Below, one piece after another: positions 7,603 through 15,912 of a DNA stretch of 36,584 nt. This stretch comes from a virus (lineage: Duplodnaviria; Caudoviricetes). Under the pieces are notes generated by a model. That model was not told where the DNA came from, ran no database searches, and saw only the letters and a program-made list of their open reading frames with translations. The stretch spans positions 1-36,584 of IMG/VR virus record IMGVR_UViG_3300036793_000279; one strand, 5' to 3'. The position numbers were made by a program, and so were the translations under genes. Within the stretch, counting starts at the first letter, position 1. Every line of letters starts with the position of its first letter.

Positions 7603-8448
7603 ATGAAACAAAGTATAAAACGAAAACGTGCGGGAGATAATTTTACAATCTTGAATAATGAGTTTCTACGTGATGATAATTTATCACTAAAAGCAAAAGG
7701 TTTGCTCGCGTATATTCTCAGTTTGCCAGATGATTGGAAAATATATTTTGAAGAAATAGCTAATCACCATAGGGATGGGGAAGGGATAGTAAAGAAATCT
7801 TGGAAAGAACTTGAAGTAAATGGATATGCTCGAACATCAAGGCTAATTGATCCAGAGAGCAAAAGGGTAAAAGAATGGTTCAAAGAAGCATCAGATTTTA
7901 AAAATCCAGAATGGCAAAACCCACAAGGTGGAAAAGCCACATCTGGAAAACCCACAAGGTGGGAAAGCCAGAATGTGGAAAATGACCCCCTACTAAAGAC
8001 TAATACACCAAACACTAATAAACCAATTACTGATAAACAAATAAAATCATCATCAAAATCTGAGCTTATTTCATTCTGGGAAGAAAACTTTGGTTTAGGG
8101 TCGCTGACTGGATACACCTTACAACGATTTGATGACTGGCTTGAAGACCATTCTGAAGAAATGGTAATCAAAGCAGCAGCAATAGCAGTAGAAAATAATG
8201 AACGTACGATTCGCTATGTTAATGGCATATTAAAAAACTGGGAAAATAAAGGAATTAAAAACTTAGCTGACCTTGAAAATCATGAATCTAAACGAAAGAA
8301 TTCTAAATTCAAAACACAGACTTCTAAGCAACTTTCTAAAAATACTAAAAAAATCCCTGAATGGTCCAATCCTAATCCAAAAGTTGAAATGGCCAACCCT
8401 GATGAAGTAAAGGAGATATTTGATAAATATGGAATTGGAAATACCTAA
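7603..8448 (+). CDS. Phage replication initiator (N-terminal wHTH + DnaD/DnaB_2 domain), 281 aa
   Basis: NFTILNN...LSLKAKGLLAYILSLPDDW; C-terminal YVNGILKNW. Confidence 0.88.
   Translation: MKQSIKRKRAGDNFTILNNEFLRDDNLSLKAKGLLAYILSLPDDWKIYFEEIANHHRDGEGIVKKSWKELEVNGYARTSRLIDPESKRVKEWFKEASDFKNPEWQNPQGGKATSGKPTRWESQNVENDPLLKTNTPNTNKPITDKQIKSSSKSELISFWEENFGLGSLTGYTLQRFDDWLEDHSEEMVIKAAAIAVENNERTIRYVNGILKNWENKGIKNLADLENHESKRKNSKFKTQTSKQLSKNTKKIPEWSNPNPKVEMANPDEVKEIFDKYGIGNT
7901..7983 (+). repeat. Iterons of the putative phage origin of replication
   Basis: Five tandem 15-16 bp units incl. two exact aaaacccacaaggtgg (7916, 7947), followed by an A-rich tract, inside the initiator gene. Confidence 0.8.
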
Positions 8449-8728
8449 ATTTGCTTTATCTGAGGAAAATGCAGACTACTGTGTTGCTTTAGCAAGCAGA
8501 GTTTGCTCTGGTGTTACAAAAGCACATTACTATGAATATATAAATTGGGCCTATAAGTTCAATGATGGAAAATGGAGCTCGGCAAATTTTGTAAAAAGAT
8601 TGTGTCGAAGAACCTCGGAGAGTACATCTAGGCGAATGTTTGCATGGCATATGGAAATTAAAAACGGAAAAAAGGTGCGAGTTGAGGATCACTTTGATCT
8701 GATTCCAGCAGCACCACTTAAAAATTAA
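8420..8728 (+). CDS. Hypothetical phage protein (~100 aa)
   Basis: Fills operon, AAGGAG RBS; start 8420 or 8429. Confidence 0.7.
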   Translation: MINMELEIPKFALSEENADYCVALASRVCSGVTKAHYYEYINWAYKFNDGKWSSANFVKRLCRRTSESTSRRMFAWHMEIKNGKKVRVEDHFDLIPAAPLKN

Positions 8729-8747
8729 AAAAGAAAAGGTAAACAAA

Positions 8748-9047
8748 ATGAAAGCAAATAAAAAAATCACAGGCGAATTTACATTATCTGAACTTGGAGC
8801 AGTTCAACCTTTCCAAGGGTGGCTAAATGAAATGAATTTTGATTATGCCAAAAAAGGTATGACATACAAAATCGCAAACCTTACAGATGAACTTTTTGAC
8901 AACATCTTGATTCAAGCTTCCGAATTTGATGCACAAGCAAATGATCAGATGGACTTGTTTGAGCAGGCAGAGCGAAAGGATGTAACTGAAGAAAAAGAAG
9001 AGTTACCAGCCCCAAATACAATTGATGGAGATTTTGAGGAAGTATAA
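8748..9047 (+). CDS. Hypothetical acidic phage protein, 99 aa
   Basis: AAAGG RBS, operon packing. Confidence 0.75.
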   Translation: MKANKKITGEFTLSELGAVQPFQGWLNEMNFDYAKKGMTYKIANLTDELFDNILIQASEFDAQANDQMDLFEQAERKDVTEEKEELPAPNTIDGDFEEV

Positions 9048-9049
9048 TC

Positions 9050-9478
9050 ATGAAATTTATCTTTAATTTATATCGAGCAAGCAGCAAATCTAAAGTTGTA
9101 CCAAAACAGAAAAAATTAATTTTGAACTCGAATGACCGCATGCATTTCCACCAGAAAGCAAAAGTGATCCAGGAGCTAAAGAGACTAGCTTTTAATCAAG
9201 TTCAAAATCCACTCAATAACCTTGAAAAACTACCTATTTTTAACACAGCAAGCCCTTGTGGAGTGACACTTACAGTATATACACCAACCAAGCGCAGAAG
9301 TGATCCAGATAACTTACAGCCAACTTTGAAAGCTCTCATGGATGGTTTTACTGAATCTAGACTTTGGACCGATGATTCGCATGAGATAGTCAAATTTACA
9401 AAATACCAATACGGCGGCTTGTCTGGGCATAGCGGATACCGTTTAGAAGTTGATGTAGAGAGGTTCACTGATGAATGA
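9050..9478 (+). CDS. rusA: RusA-like Holliday junction resolvase, 142 aa
   Basis: DPDNL..TLKALMDG...WTDD catalytic pattern. Confidence 0.8.
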   Translation: MKFIFNLYRASSKSKVVPKQKKLILNSNDRMHFHQKAKVIQELKRLAFNQVQNPLNNLEKLPIFNTASPCGVTLTVYTPTKRRSDPDNLQPTLKALMDGFTESRLWTDDSHEIVKFTKYQYGGLSGHSGYRLEVDVERFTDE

Positions 9479-9995
9479 AATTTGGAAAGATGTAATTGGC
9501 TATGAAGGTTCTTACCAAGTAAGCAATCTTGGAAGGCTTAAAAGTTTAGCGAGAAATGTCCCCAATAATCGTCCAGTAAAAGAAAGAATAATTACTCTAA
9601 ACCGCACAACTAATGGATATATGCAAGTGAGGTTAAATAAACACAATAAAACAAAAACTGTCAGAATACACAGACTTGTAGCCGAGCACTTTATTGATGG
9701 ATTCGATCCAAAATTTGATGTTAATCATATCGATGAAAACAAAGAAAATAATTGTGTGCAGAATCTTGAACTCTCAACTCATAAGGCTAATTGTAACTAC
9801 GGAACAAGAACTGAGCGCTGTATTTCATACAAACGTGTACCGATAAGAGCAATCAGAATCCATGATGGAAAAACTTTTGATTTTGATAGCGTGAGAGCAG
9901 CTAGGGAAGAATTAGGTGTGAATAATATTTCGAAAGTACTTAAAGGGGAGTATAAGCAAGCCAAAGGGTACATGTTTGAATATATTACGGAATAA
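9471..9995 (+). CDS. NUMOD4-HNH homing endonuclease, 174 aa
   Basis: EIWKDVIGYEGSYQVSNLGR (NUMOD4), HRLVA..F, VNHIDENKENN (HNH), C-terminal NUMOD1-like HTH. Confidence 0.9.
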   Translation: MNEIWKDVIGYEGSYQVSNLGRLKSLARNVPNNRPVKERIITLNRTTNGYMQVRLNKHNKTKTVRIHRLVAEHFIDGFDPKFDVNHIDENKENNCVQNLELSTHKANCNYGTRTERCISYKRVPIRAIRIHDGKTFDFDSVRAAREELGVNNISKVLKGEYKQAKGYMFEYITE

Positions 9996-10118
9996 ATAGG
10001 TGCACGTGCCAAAAATTCAGCCCAAATTCGCCTTGTAAGATTAATCTGGATAGATTATGCGTTTATATCTAAAAATGCAACACAGGGCGAAATATGAGCA
10101 TATAGGAAAGGCTAAAAA

Positions 10119-10352
10119 ATGAAATATGAATATAAAGGAAAAAGTATTTTTCCTATTATCAAAATAAAGCCAGTATCCTTTAAGCAACTGGAGCAGAAGT
10201 ACCCGGTTTTTGAATTGTGCATTCAGAAAACGTATGACGTTAGCCGGCTTAAAGTCACTACTAAGAAAATTAAAGATGGAACTTTTGAAATCTTAGATGG
10301 ATATGACGAATTAACTGGGGGATTAATTTTAGAAAATGAGGAAAATAAATGA
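10119..10352 (+). CDS. Hypothetical protein, 77 aa
   Basis: GGAAAGG RBS. Confidence 0.65.
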   Translation: MKYEYKGKSIFPIIKIKPVSFKQLEQKYPVFELCIQKTYDVSRLKVTTKKIKDGTFEILDGYDELTGGLILENEENK

Positions 10353-10489
10353 CAATAGATAAATTTTTGATTTTCGTGTTAACACTAAATCTAATATTAA
10401 AAGATTATTTTGATAAGGAATGGACTGTTTGGTTATGGGTAGCAGTGTTTGTTTTACAAGTGCTGGCTGTAATTTCAAATTATTTGTAG
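10349..10489 (+). CDS. Small hydrophobic protein, 46 aa (MTIDKFLIFVL...), not in ORF track
   Basis: GAGG RBS, start overlapping upstream gene end, two hydrophobic segments. Confidence 0.6.
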   Translation: MTIDKFLIFVLTLNLILKDYFDKEWTVWLWVAVFVLQVLAVISNYL

Positions 10490-10497
10490 GAGGATAA

Positions 10498-10713
10498 ATG
10501 ATGGGAATTAAAGTTACAGCTGTGGCACTTAACAATGAAGACATGAGAGCAGAAATTTCTGCAAGTCTAAAGCTAGAAATAATCCATAAGCTTACAAGTG
10601 GATTTATGGACTGGAATAATTGTGATCATGAAGAATTCAACACAGGCTACATGAATTGCTTGATCGATACAGTTCACATTTTATCTGAAGAGGAGGCGCA
10701 GGGTGAAGCTTGA
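10498..10713 (+). CDS. Hypothetical protein, 71 aa
   Basis: AGGAGG RBS. Confidence 0.7.
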   Translation: MMGIKVTAVALNNEDMRAEISASLKLEIIHKLTSGFMDWNNCDHEEFNTGYMNCLIDTVHILSEEEAQGEA

Positions 10714-10888
10714 TGAAGTTATGGAAAAAATCAGCTCCTTAATTTCTGAATATGATTTTCCACTTTCAGTTTTACAAGATGTTAATCAGCGTTTAAATGA
10801 CTGTCCGGAAGTAGGTTATGCCAAGCAACAATTAAGATATTTACAGAATATCAAGAAATCAATGGAGGCACAGAATGAAGAAGTTTGA
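10703..10888 (+). CDS. Hypothetical phage protein, 61 aa
   Basis: AGGAGG RBS, GTG start, overlapping neighbours. Confidence 0.7.
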   Translation: MKLDEVMEKISSLISEYDFPLSVLQDVNQRLNDCPEVGYAKQQLRYLQNIKKSMEAQNEEV

Positions 10889-11534
10889 AGAAGAATTTGA
10901 TAAGAATGTGACAAGCGTTGCTCTTAGACAAGATGGTGAATCAGTTATTACGGTGTGTGACTACAACGAAGCGAAAGCATTTGGTCATGACTGGGTAAGC
11001 CCAGAGGACCATCAAAATACAGTAGCATCAAATAAAGCTTACGAAAAATCTAATCTGAGAATGTCAGAAGAAAATGCGAAGTTTGTTGCTGAAAATATTG
11101 AACTTACTAAAGAAATCGCAGAACTCAAATCCCAGATCGAAAAGCAGCAGCCAGAGCTTCCAGAGTTTGTGGCGGAGTTTATTAAGAATAATCTTGATCA
11201 AAGCAAGAATATGCAAGATTTATATGACGAACCACTTTTTCATACCGGTGAAATTTATTTGTCCGGCGACGAATATGATTTCATAAGCTGGCTCAATGAA
11301 AATACAACACTGTTTGAAAAAGCATGGACTAGTGGCTACACAATCAAGGAGAAACTATACAAAGTTGTCTTTCCTAAAAGTCACTCCGTTTTATGTAAAA
11401 CAGGCGAAGTTGTGAGTTTTGCGGAGACAGTCTATGAAAAATATTTGCTTGAAAATGCAATGACAGAATCAGAAATTAAAGCGATTGATGAGCGTTATTG
11501 GGCGTTTGCTGCACCTGTGGAGGAAGATGCATGA
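10875..11534 (+). CDS. DUF1642-like phage protein, 219 aa
   Basis: PELPEFVAEFI, AW..GYTI, TESEIKAIDERYWAFA motifs. Confidence 0.7.
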   Translation: MKKFEEEFDKNVTSVALRQDGESVITVCDYNEAKAFGHDWVSPEDHQNTVASNKAYEKSNLRMSEENAKFVAENIELTKEIAELKSQIEKQQPELPEFVAEFIKNNLDQSKNMQDLYDEPLFHTGEIYLSGDEYDFISWLNENTTLFEKAWTSGYTIKEKLYKVVFPKSHSVLCKTGEVVSFAETVYEKYLLENAMTESEIKAIDERYWAFAAPVEEDA

Positions 11535-11770
11535 GCCCAGAAATAAGCAAGCTATTTGAGCTGATCGACTTATATCAAAGCCAACGTCTTGACCTCGACA
11601 CTCATAATTCTAGAAAGTGCCCAATATGCATACAGTGGATCGAAATGATTGACGGGTTTAAGCGAGATATAAAAGCTATCAGCGCCACACTCAACCCACA
11701 GATTCCAGAACCATACGCAACCATGAGCCGTGATGAAATTTTAGGAGGGATTGGACAGTATGAAATATAG
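11531..11770 (+). CDS. Hypothetical protein, 79 aa (start ATG 11531)
   Basis: GGAGG RBS, ATGA coupling; H...CxxC. Confidence 0.65.
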   Translation: MSPEISKLFELIDLYQSQRLDLDTHNSRKCPICIQWIEMIDGFKRDIKAISATLNPQIPEPYATMSRDEILGGIGQYEI

Positions 11771-11969
11771 ATGTATAATGTTTGGCCATAAATGGCAATT
11801 CAATTCAGCTATTGACATTAGGCCATATTGTAAAAGATGTGGCGAGGAAGACTATTACTTAGATAATCTTTATAAACGACAAGCACACGATATTAAAATG
11901 AAGCAAATGCAAAAAGAATCTGATGAACAGCACGAACGAGTTAAAAAGCGTCTAGGAGGTTTAAATTGA
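11760..11969 (+). CDS. DUF1660-like small Zn-binding prophage protein, 69 aa
   Basis: C..FGHKW...CKRCG motif. Confidence 0.65.
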   Translation: MKYRCIMFGHKWQFNSAIDIRPYCKRCGEEDYYLDNLYKRQAHDIKMKQMQKESDEQHERVKKRLGGLN

Positions 11970-12262
11970 CAAAAACAAAGCTGCAAATCATGCGTGAGAA
12001 GAATGAAGAACTGCTCAGTGCAAATATAAATATGCATGATGCCTTAGATTTGAAATCAGAGAGGATACAGGAACTTAAGAAGAAGCTTGCCACGGCTGTT
12101 GAAGCACTGGAGAATATAAGAGATGCTGAATATCAATTTGCTGAGGGATATAATTATGATTCTGATTCAGTGATTATTAATGGCGAAGAATGTAGCCCAG
12201 ACGAATTGCAGAAATTAGCCAAGCAAGCACTCGCAGAAATCGGAGGGGAAGATGAAATTTAA
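11966..12262 (+). CDS. Hypothetical coiled-coil phage protein, 98 aa
   Basis: AGGAGG RBS, TTG start. Confidence 0.7.
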   Translation: MTKTKLQIMREKNEELLSANINMHDALDLKSERIQELKKKLATAVEALENIRDAEYQFAEGYNYDSDSVIINGEECSPDELQKLAKQALAEIGGEDEI

Positions 12263-12593
12263 AAATTTTGAAATAGTAAGTACGCATTTGGGATATGAAG
12301 ATCATGGGATTTTCACTGTTTACTTAACATTAAAAGGCGGTGGCTTTGGTGTTAGTGTAGGTGGATACGTACTTGATGAACCTATAGACGGTAAAAGAGT
12401 AATAGCAAAAAAAGGTGCAGAACTTATCCCTGAAATTTTAGATGTTGTTGGTGTTGAAACATGGGAACAACTTAAAGGTCAGTATATTCGAGTTGAAGAT
12501 AACGGACTTGGGACTAAGATTTCTAAAATCGGACATTTAATGGATAATAAATGGTTAGATTTTGAAACTTTTTTTAAAGAGGAAGAACTTTAA
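12252..12593 (+). CDS. Hypothetical phage protein, 113 aa
   Basis: GGAGG RBS; LGYEDHGIFT and VGVETWEQLKG motifs. Confidence 0.75.
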   Translation: MKFKNFEIVSTHLGYEDHGIFTVYLTLKGGGFGVSVGGYVLDEPIDGKRVIAKKGAELIPEILDVVGVETWEQLKGQYIRVEDNGLGTKISKIGHLMDNKWLDFETFFKEEEL

Positions 12594-12718
12594 CTTCTGA
12601 AAAGAAGCTTGCCATGGCTGTTAAAGCTTTGGAATTGTTTGGAGATTCAATGGATATGAATACTGCTGTAATCGCTCAAGAAGCCCTTGCAGAAATTAGA
12701 GGAGAACAAGATGATTAA
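12593..12718 (+). pseudogene. 5'-truncated paralogue of the C-terminus of 11966-12262
   Basis: Reads EKKLAMAVKALE...AQEALAEIRGEQDD versus KKKLATAVEALE...AKQALAEIGGEDEI; no good RBS. Confidence 0.6.
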
Positions 12719-13061
12719 ATTTAAACAGTTTGATGTTGGAGATAGCGGCTATGAAGAAGAAATGGAAAAGTTTCAAATTGAACATCCCCGAGCTGAGTTT
12801 TTACAAATTACAGGCGGGCACATGAGTCATGAACAAATTTGGTTCAAGTACGATGACGGCGCTGAACAAACAAAACTTAGCATACCAAGGAAGATTGCGG
12901 AGCAAGCAGATAAGACTGATTTTGATGAATTATTCCAATTGGGAAAAGAAGAATTTTATCAATGGTTCGATCATGAACATGATAAGTATAAAGAGGTCAT
13001 TTATGCATACCTAGCGGGCAAAGGGCTCGGTGTTGAGCTTGTGGAGGTATCAGATGAGTGA
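12711..13061 (+). CDS. Hypothetical protein, 116 aa (start ATG 12711)
   Basis: GAGGAG RBS before MIKFKQF. Confidence 0.7.
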   Translation: MIKFKQFDVGDSGYEEEMEKFQIEHPRAEFLQITGGHMSHEQIWFKYDDGAEQTKLSIPRKIAEQADKTDFDELFQLGKEEFYQWFDHEHDKYKEVIYAYLAGKGLGVELVEVSDE

Positions 13062-13266
13062 AGATTTATATTTTTGCTCAGTATGTAAATACCCTATGGA
13101 TAATGAAGAGATTATTCCGCAGCGAAAGGAACAGCTTTGTAGTGATTGTGAGTACAGAATAAAGCTTAAAAGTTCAATTCGAGAAATTCAGAAACAGATT
13201 GAAAAATTTATAATTCCAATGGCTAATAGGTTAGAAAAATCTCTTAGTAAGTTATTCAAAAAATAA
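13054..13266 (+). CDS. Small Zn-ribbon-like protein, 70 aa (start ATG 13054)
   Basis: GGAGG RBS; CSVC...CSDC. Confidence 0.65.
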   Translation: MSEDLYFCSVCKYPMDNEEIIPQRKEQLCSDCEYRIKLKSSIREIQKQIEKFIIPMANRLEKSLSKLFKK

Positions 13267-13383
13267 CATGCTTTAACCAAAATAAAAAAACCTTATAAAG
13301 GCAGTGATTACAAGGGAGTACAGCTTATAAAGCCACTTCCGATTATATTATATATTTACCATAGTTAAAGGAGAGAGAAAAAC

Positions 13384-13590
13384 ATGAAAGAAACTATTGC
13401 ATTATTAATGATTTATTTAGGAGCTACCGTTGCTGGAGTAGCATTTTGGGTCTGGTTAGGAACATTACTGATTTGGAAAATATTTGAGGTAGTTGGTGCA
13501 GCGGGAATTATTTTCCCAGCATTTTACATCATGATTGGTGGAATACTTGCTTTGATTGCAGGATTCATTCTTGGAACGTATGGAGAATAA
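13384..13590 (+). CDS. Small membrane protein (2 TM), 68 aa
   Basis: AAAGGAG RBS; almost wholly hydrophobic. Confidence 0.75.
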   Translation: MKETIALLMIYLGATVAGVAFWVWLGTLLIWKIFEVVGAAGIIFPAFYIMIGGILALIAGFILGTYGE

Positions 13591-13592
13591 TA

Positions 13593-13871
13593 ATGAAATA
13601 CAGAAAAAAGCCAGTAGTTATTGAAGCAGTCCTCTTTGATGCTGAAAAGTGGATTTACGAAAGACACAATGCCTATCCAATGGTTGATACAAGAGATGTA
13701 GAAAAAGGTTCTAGTTCATTAGGCAAACACTTTACTTACCAGCCAGTGATTCACACGCTTGAGGGTGATATGACCGTATGTGATGGCGATTATATTATTA
13801 AAGGCATTCAAGATGAATTTTATCCATGTAAGCCGGATATATTCAAAGAAACTTATGAGGTAGTCAAATGA
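13593..13871 (+). CDS. Conserved phage protein (MKYRKKPVVIEA type), 92 aa
   Basis: IHTLEG.M....GDYIIKG..EFYPCKPDIF..TYE signature. Confidence 0.8.
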   Translation: MKYRKKPVVIEAVLFDAEKWIYERHNAYPMVDTRDVEKGSSSLGKHFTYQPVIHTLEGDMTVCDGDYIIKGIQDEFYPCKPDIFKETYEVVK

Positions 13872-14083
13872 AATCAAGCTGGAAAAAGCAAAGGCTTGCT
13901 ACTAAGAAGCGGAGTATTAAGTTAATGAAGTGGAAGAATAACTTTATTAGGAAATATGGATATAAAAGGATAGCAGCATTTGGCGTTAGAGCTAGTGAGG
14001 CAGCACGGAAGATTGCAAATGCTTTATATCCTGCACTTAAGGCTATCACAAGATTACGGAAAGCAAATGAGGTAGTGAAGTGA
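13868..14083 (+). CDS. Basic hypothetical protein, 71 aa
   Basis: GAGG RBS, coupled to neighbours. Confidence 0.65.
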   Translation: MKSSWKKQRLATKKRSIKLMKWKNNFIRKYGYKRIAAFGVRASEAARKIANALYPALKAITRLRKANEVVK

Positions 14084-14271
14084 CAGAAGCGGAAAAATAT
14101 AAAAGGGTTTTATCATGGTTAAAAGAAAAAGCGGACGAAACAACTCATAAAGTGTTTTGCGAATGCTGTGGTCCTGAAGAAGTCTACACAGATCAAGCGG
14201 TCGAAGCAAGAAAACTTTTAGACGAGATTCAAGAGTTAGATGATGAGGGAGTGAGATATTGGAATGAATAA
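14080..14271 (+). CDS. Hypothetical protein, 63 aa
   Basis: GAGG RBS, GTGA coupling; CECC. Confidence 0.6.
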   Translation: MTEAEKYKRVLSWLKEKADETTHKVFCECCGPEEVYTDQAVEARKLLDEIQELDDEGVRYWNE

Positions 14272-14434
14272 AGTAATTAAGGTTACTAATTTCATTAATG
14301 AGTATATATGGTATCCAATTGTAGATGGATTTACATCCGTATACGAAAGTACAAAATATGTGGTTGCATATACTTCTATTGCAGTCTTATTAGTAAGTAT
14401 AGGTATCAAGATATTGAAAAACATAGGATTTTAA
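14264..14434 (+). CDS. Small membrane protein, 56 aa (MNKVIKVTNF...), not in ORF track
   Basis: Fills the gap before lemA; C-terminal hydrophobic helix. Confidence 0.5.
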   Translation: MNKVIKVTNFINEYIWYPIVDGFTSVYESTKYVVAYTSIAVLLVSIGIKILKNIGF

Positions 14435-14459
14435 ATAAAAAATATAAATGAGGTAACTT

Positions 14460-15008
14460 ATGAAAAAATTAGTAGCAATATCAATCGGGGGATTCATGGG
14501 ATTATTGTTAATCCTTGCATTGGTGAGCACCTTGGTTGTATCAAACGTTAATAATAGAACAGTTGTTCTTGAGGAGGCAGTAAGTAGTTCTAAATCAGAC
14601 ATCAGTAAAGAAGAACAGCGGCGAGTTGATTTATTTAATAACTTAGCTGATTCTGTTAAGTCTTATAACAACCATGAGTCTGAGACACTTAAAGCTGTAA
14701 CTGAAGCACGTAAACAAGCAGACAAAGGAAATACCCATGAAGCTATGAAGTCTTTGAATGTAGTTGTTGAAAAGTATCCAGATTTAAAAGCACAATCTAA
14801 TTATTCGCAGATCAATAAAGAATTTAGCATGACAGAAAATCGTTTGGCCAACTATCGTGAATCCTATAATTCAAGCGTGAAAAGCTATAACAGATATGTT
14901 CGATCATTCTTTCCTAAGATCGTAATGAATATGACAGGATATGAAAAACAAGATTATAAATATCTTGATTTCCATGTTGATAATAAGGATGCTAGAGATT
15001 TATTCTAG
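14460..15008 (+). CDS. lemA: LemA family protein, 182 aa
   Basis: N-terminal TM; QRRVDLFNNL, E.YPDLKA, TENRLA..R..YN..V..YN motifs. Confidence 0.9.
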   Translation: MKKLVAISIGGFMGLLLILALVSTLVVSNVNNRTVVLEEAVSSSKSDISKEEQRRVDLFNNLADSVKSYNNHESETLKAVTEARKQADKGNTHEAMKSLNVVVEKYPDLKAQSNYSQINKEFSMTENRLANYRESYNSSVKSYNRYVRSFFPKIVMNMTGYEKQDYKYLDFHVDNKDARDLF

Positions 15009-15010
15009 AG

Positions 15011-15829
15011 GTGCAAATGAGGAAATTAATTATGGGAATAGTGCTTATTATATTATGGGCCATCATTGGAACGGTATCTTTAAAATGGTACAACAAAGAC
15101 TTTGCTAACAAAGCAGACAATAGACACTTTTATCAAAGTGCAAATCGTATTGATAATAAAGAAGACTTTGATTATTTACTTGATACTGGTGGAGGTCGTT
15201 CTATTGTTCAAGCTGATCTGTACGCAGTTGATTCAGTATCACTTTCTCAAGTAAACACTGGCAAGAAATATGCCTCAATCACAGCAAAGTATCAGGAGTA
15301 TCTACCACACACAGAAACTTATACTGAGACTCATACCGACGGTAATGGGAATGTGACTACTGAAGTTAAAACAAGAACTGTATGGGAGTGGGAGAATGTC
15401 GGAAAAGAACATAAGGAAGCTAAAACTCTCTCGTTCTTTGGTCATAGCTACTCTTCTAATTTGTTCATGTTAGAGAAGTATGAAGAAGATATTCCAGTTA
15501 AAGATATAATCAAAGGTTCTAAGGAAACTGGCAATAAACAATACACACGCAGAGATAAACGTACAATTTGGTATGGAGTGCCAGCTAAGTTTGGTACAAC
15601 ATTCTATGCTGATTTGACAGATAACGGATTGAAACCTATACAGTTTCCTAATCAAAGTAGAGATAAGCAGATTAGGCTGCATAAGAATCAACCTATAAAA
15701 GTATTCTTACAAGATGAGCTGGAATCAAATACACCTCATCCAATTATTTGGACGATCATCACAATTGTAATAATGATTGTTGTTGCATTAGGTGCGGTTG
15801 GTCTTGCGGTCTATGTTGAGTCATATTAG
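15011..15829 (+). CDS. Membrane protein (N- and C-terminal TM, large external loop), LemA partner, ~270 aa
   Basis: Directly follows lemA; Thr-rich hairpin ETYTETHTDGNGNVTTEVKT...WEWE. Confidence 0.75.
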   Translation: MQMRKLIMGIVLIILWAIIGTVSLKWYNKDFANKADNRHFYQSANRIDNKEDFDYLLDTGGGRSIVQADLYAVDSVSLSQVNTGKKYASITAKYQEYLPHTETYTETHTDGNGNVTTEVKTRTVWEWENVGKEHKEAKTLSFFGHSYSSNLFMLEKYEEDIPVKDIIKGSKETGNKQYTRRDKRTIWYGVPAKFGTTFYADLTDNGLKPIQFPNQSRDKQIRLHKNQPIKVFLQDELESNTPHPIIWTIITIVIMIVVALGAVGLAVYVESY

Positions 15830-15834
15830 TAAAC

Positions 15835-15893
15835 AAAAAAAGCCCGCTGGAACGGGCTTAGGTAATTAGAAAATTTCTAACTCTATTATATCA
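15835..15893 (-). ncRNA. Putative antisense sRNA unit upstream of the late activator
   Basis: TGaTATAAT (15893-15885), ttagaa/ttctaa hairpin, aagcccg-ttccag-cgggctt + T-run. Confidence 0.5.
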
Positions 15894-15912
15894 AATGAAA
15901 AGGAGTTAGGAC

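Noticed and set aside
7901-7983. Short repeats as a possible CRISPR or mini-array
   Set aside because: Adjacent repeats without unique spacers, inside the initiator gene; typical iterons
9471-9995. HNH gene as part of a group I intron
   Set aside because: Translationally coupled to intact rusA; no split gene or intron core recognised; free-standing
12569-12577. T-TTT-TTT slippery run that might fuse 12252-12593 to the downstream remnant
   Set aside because: The -1 frame hits TAA at 12575-12577 immediately
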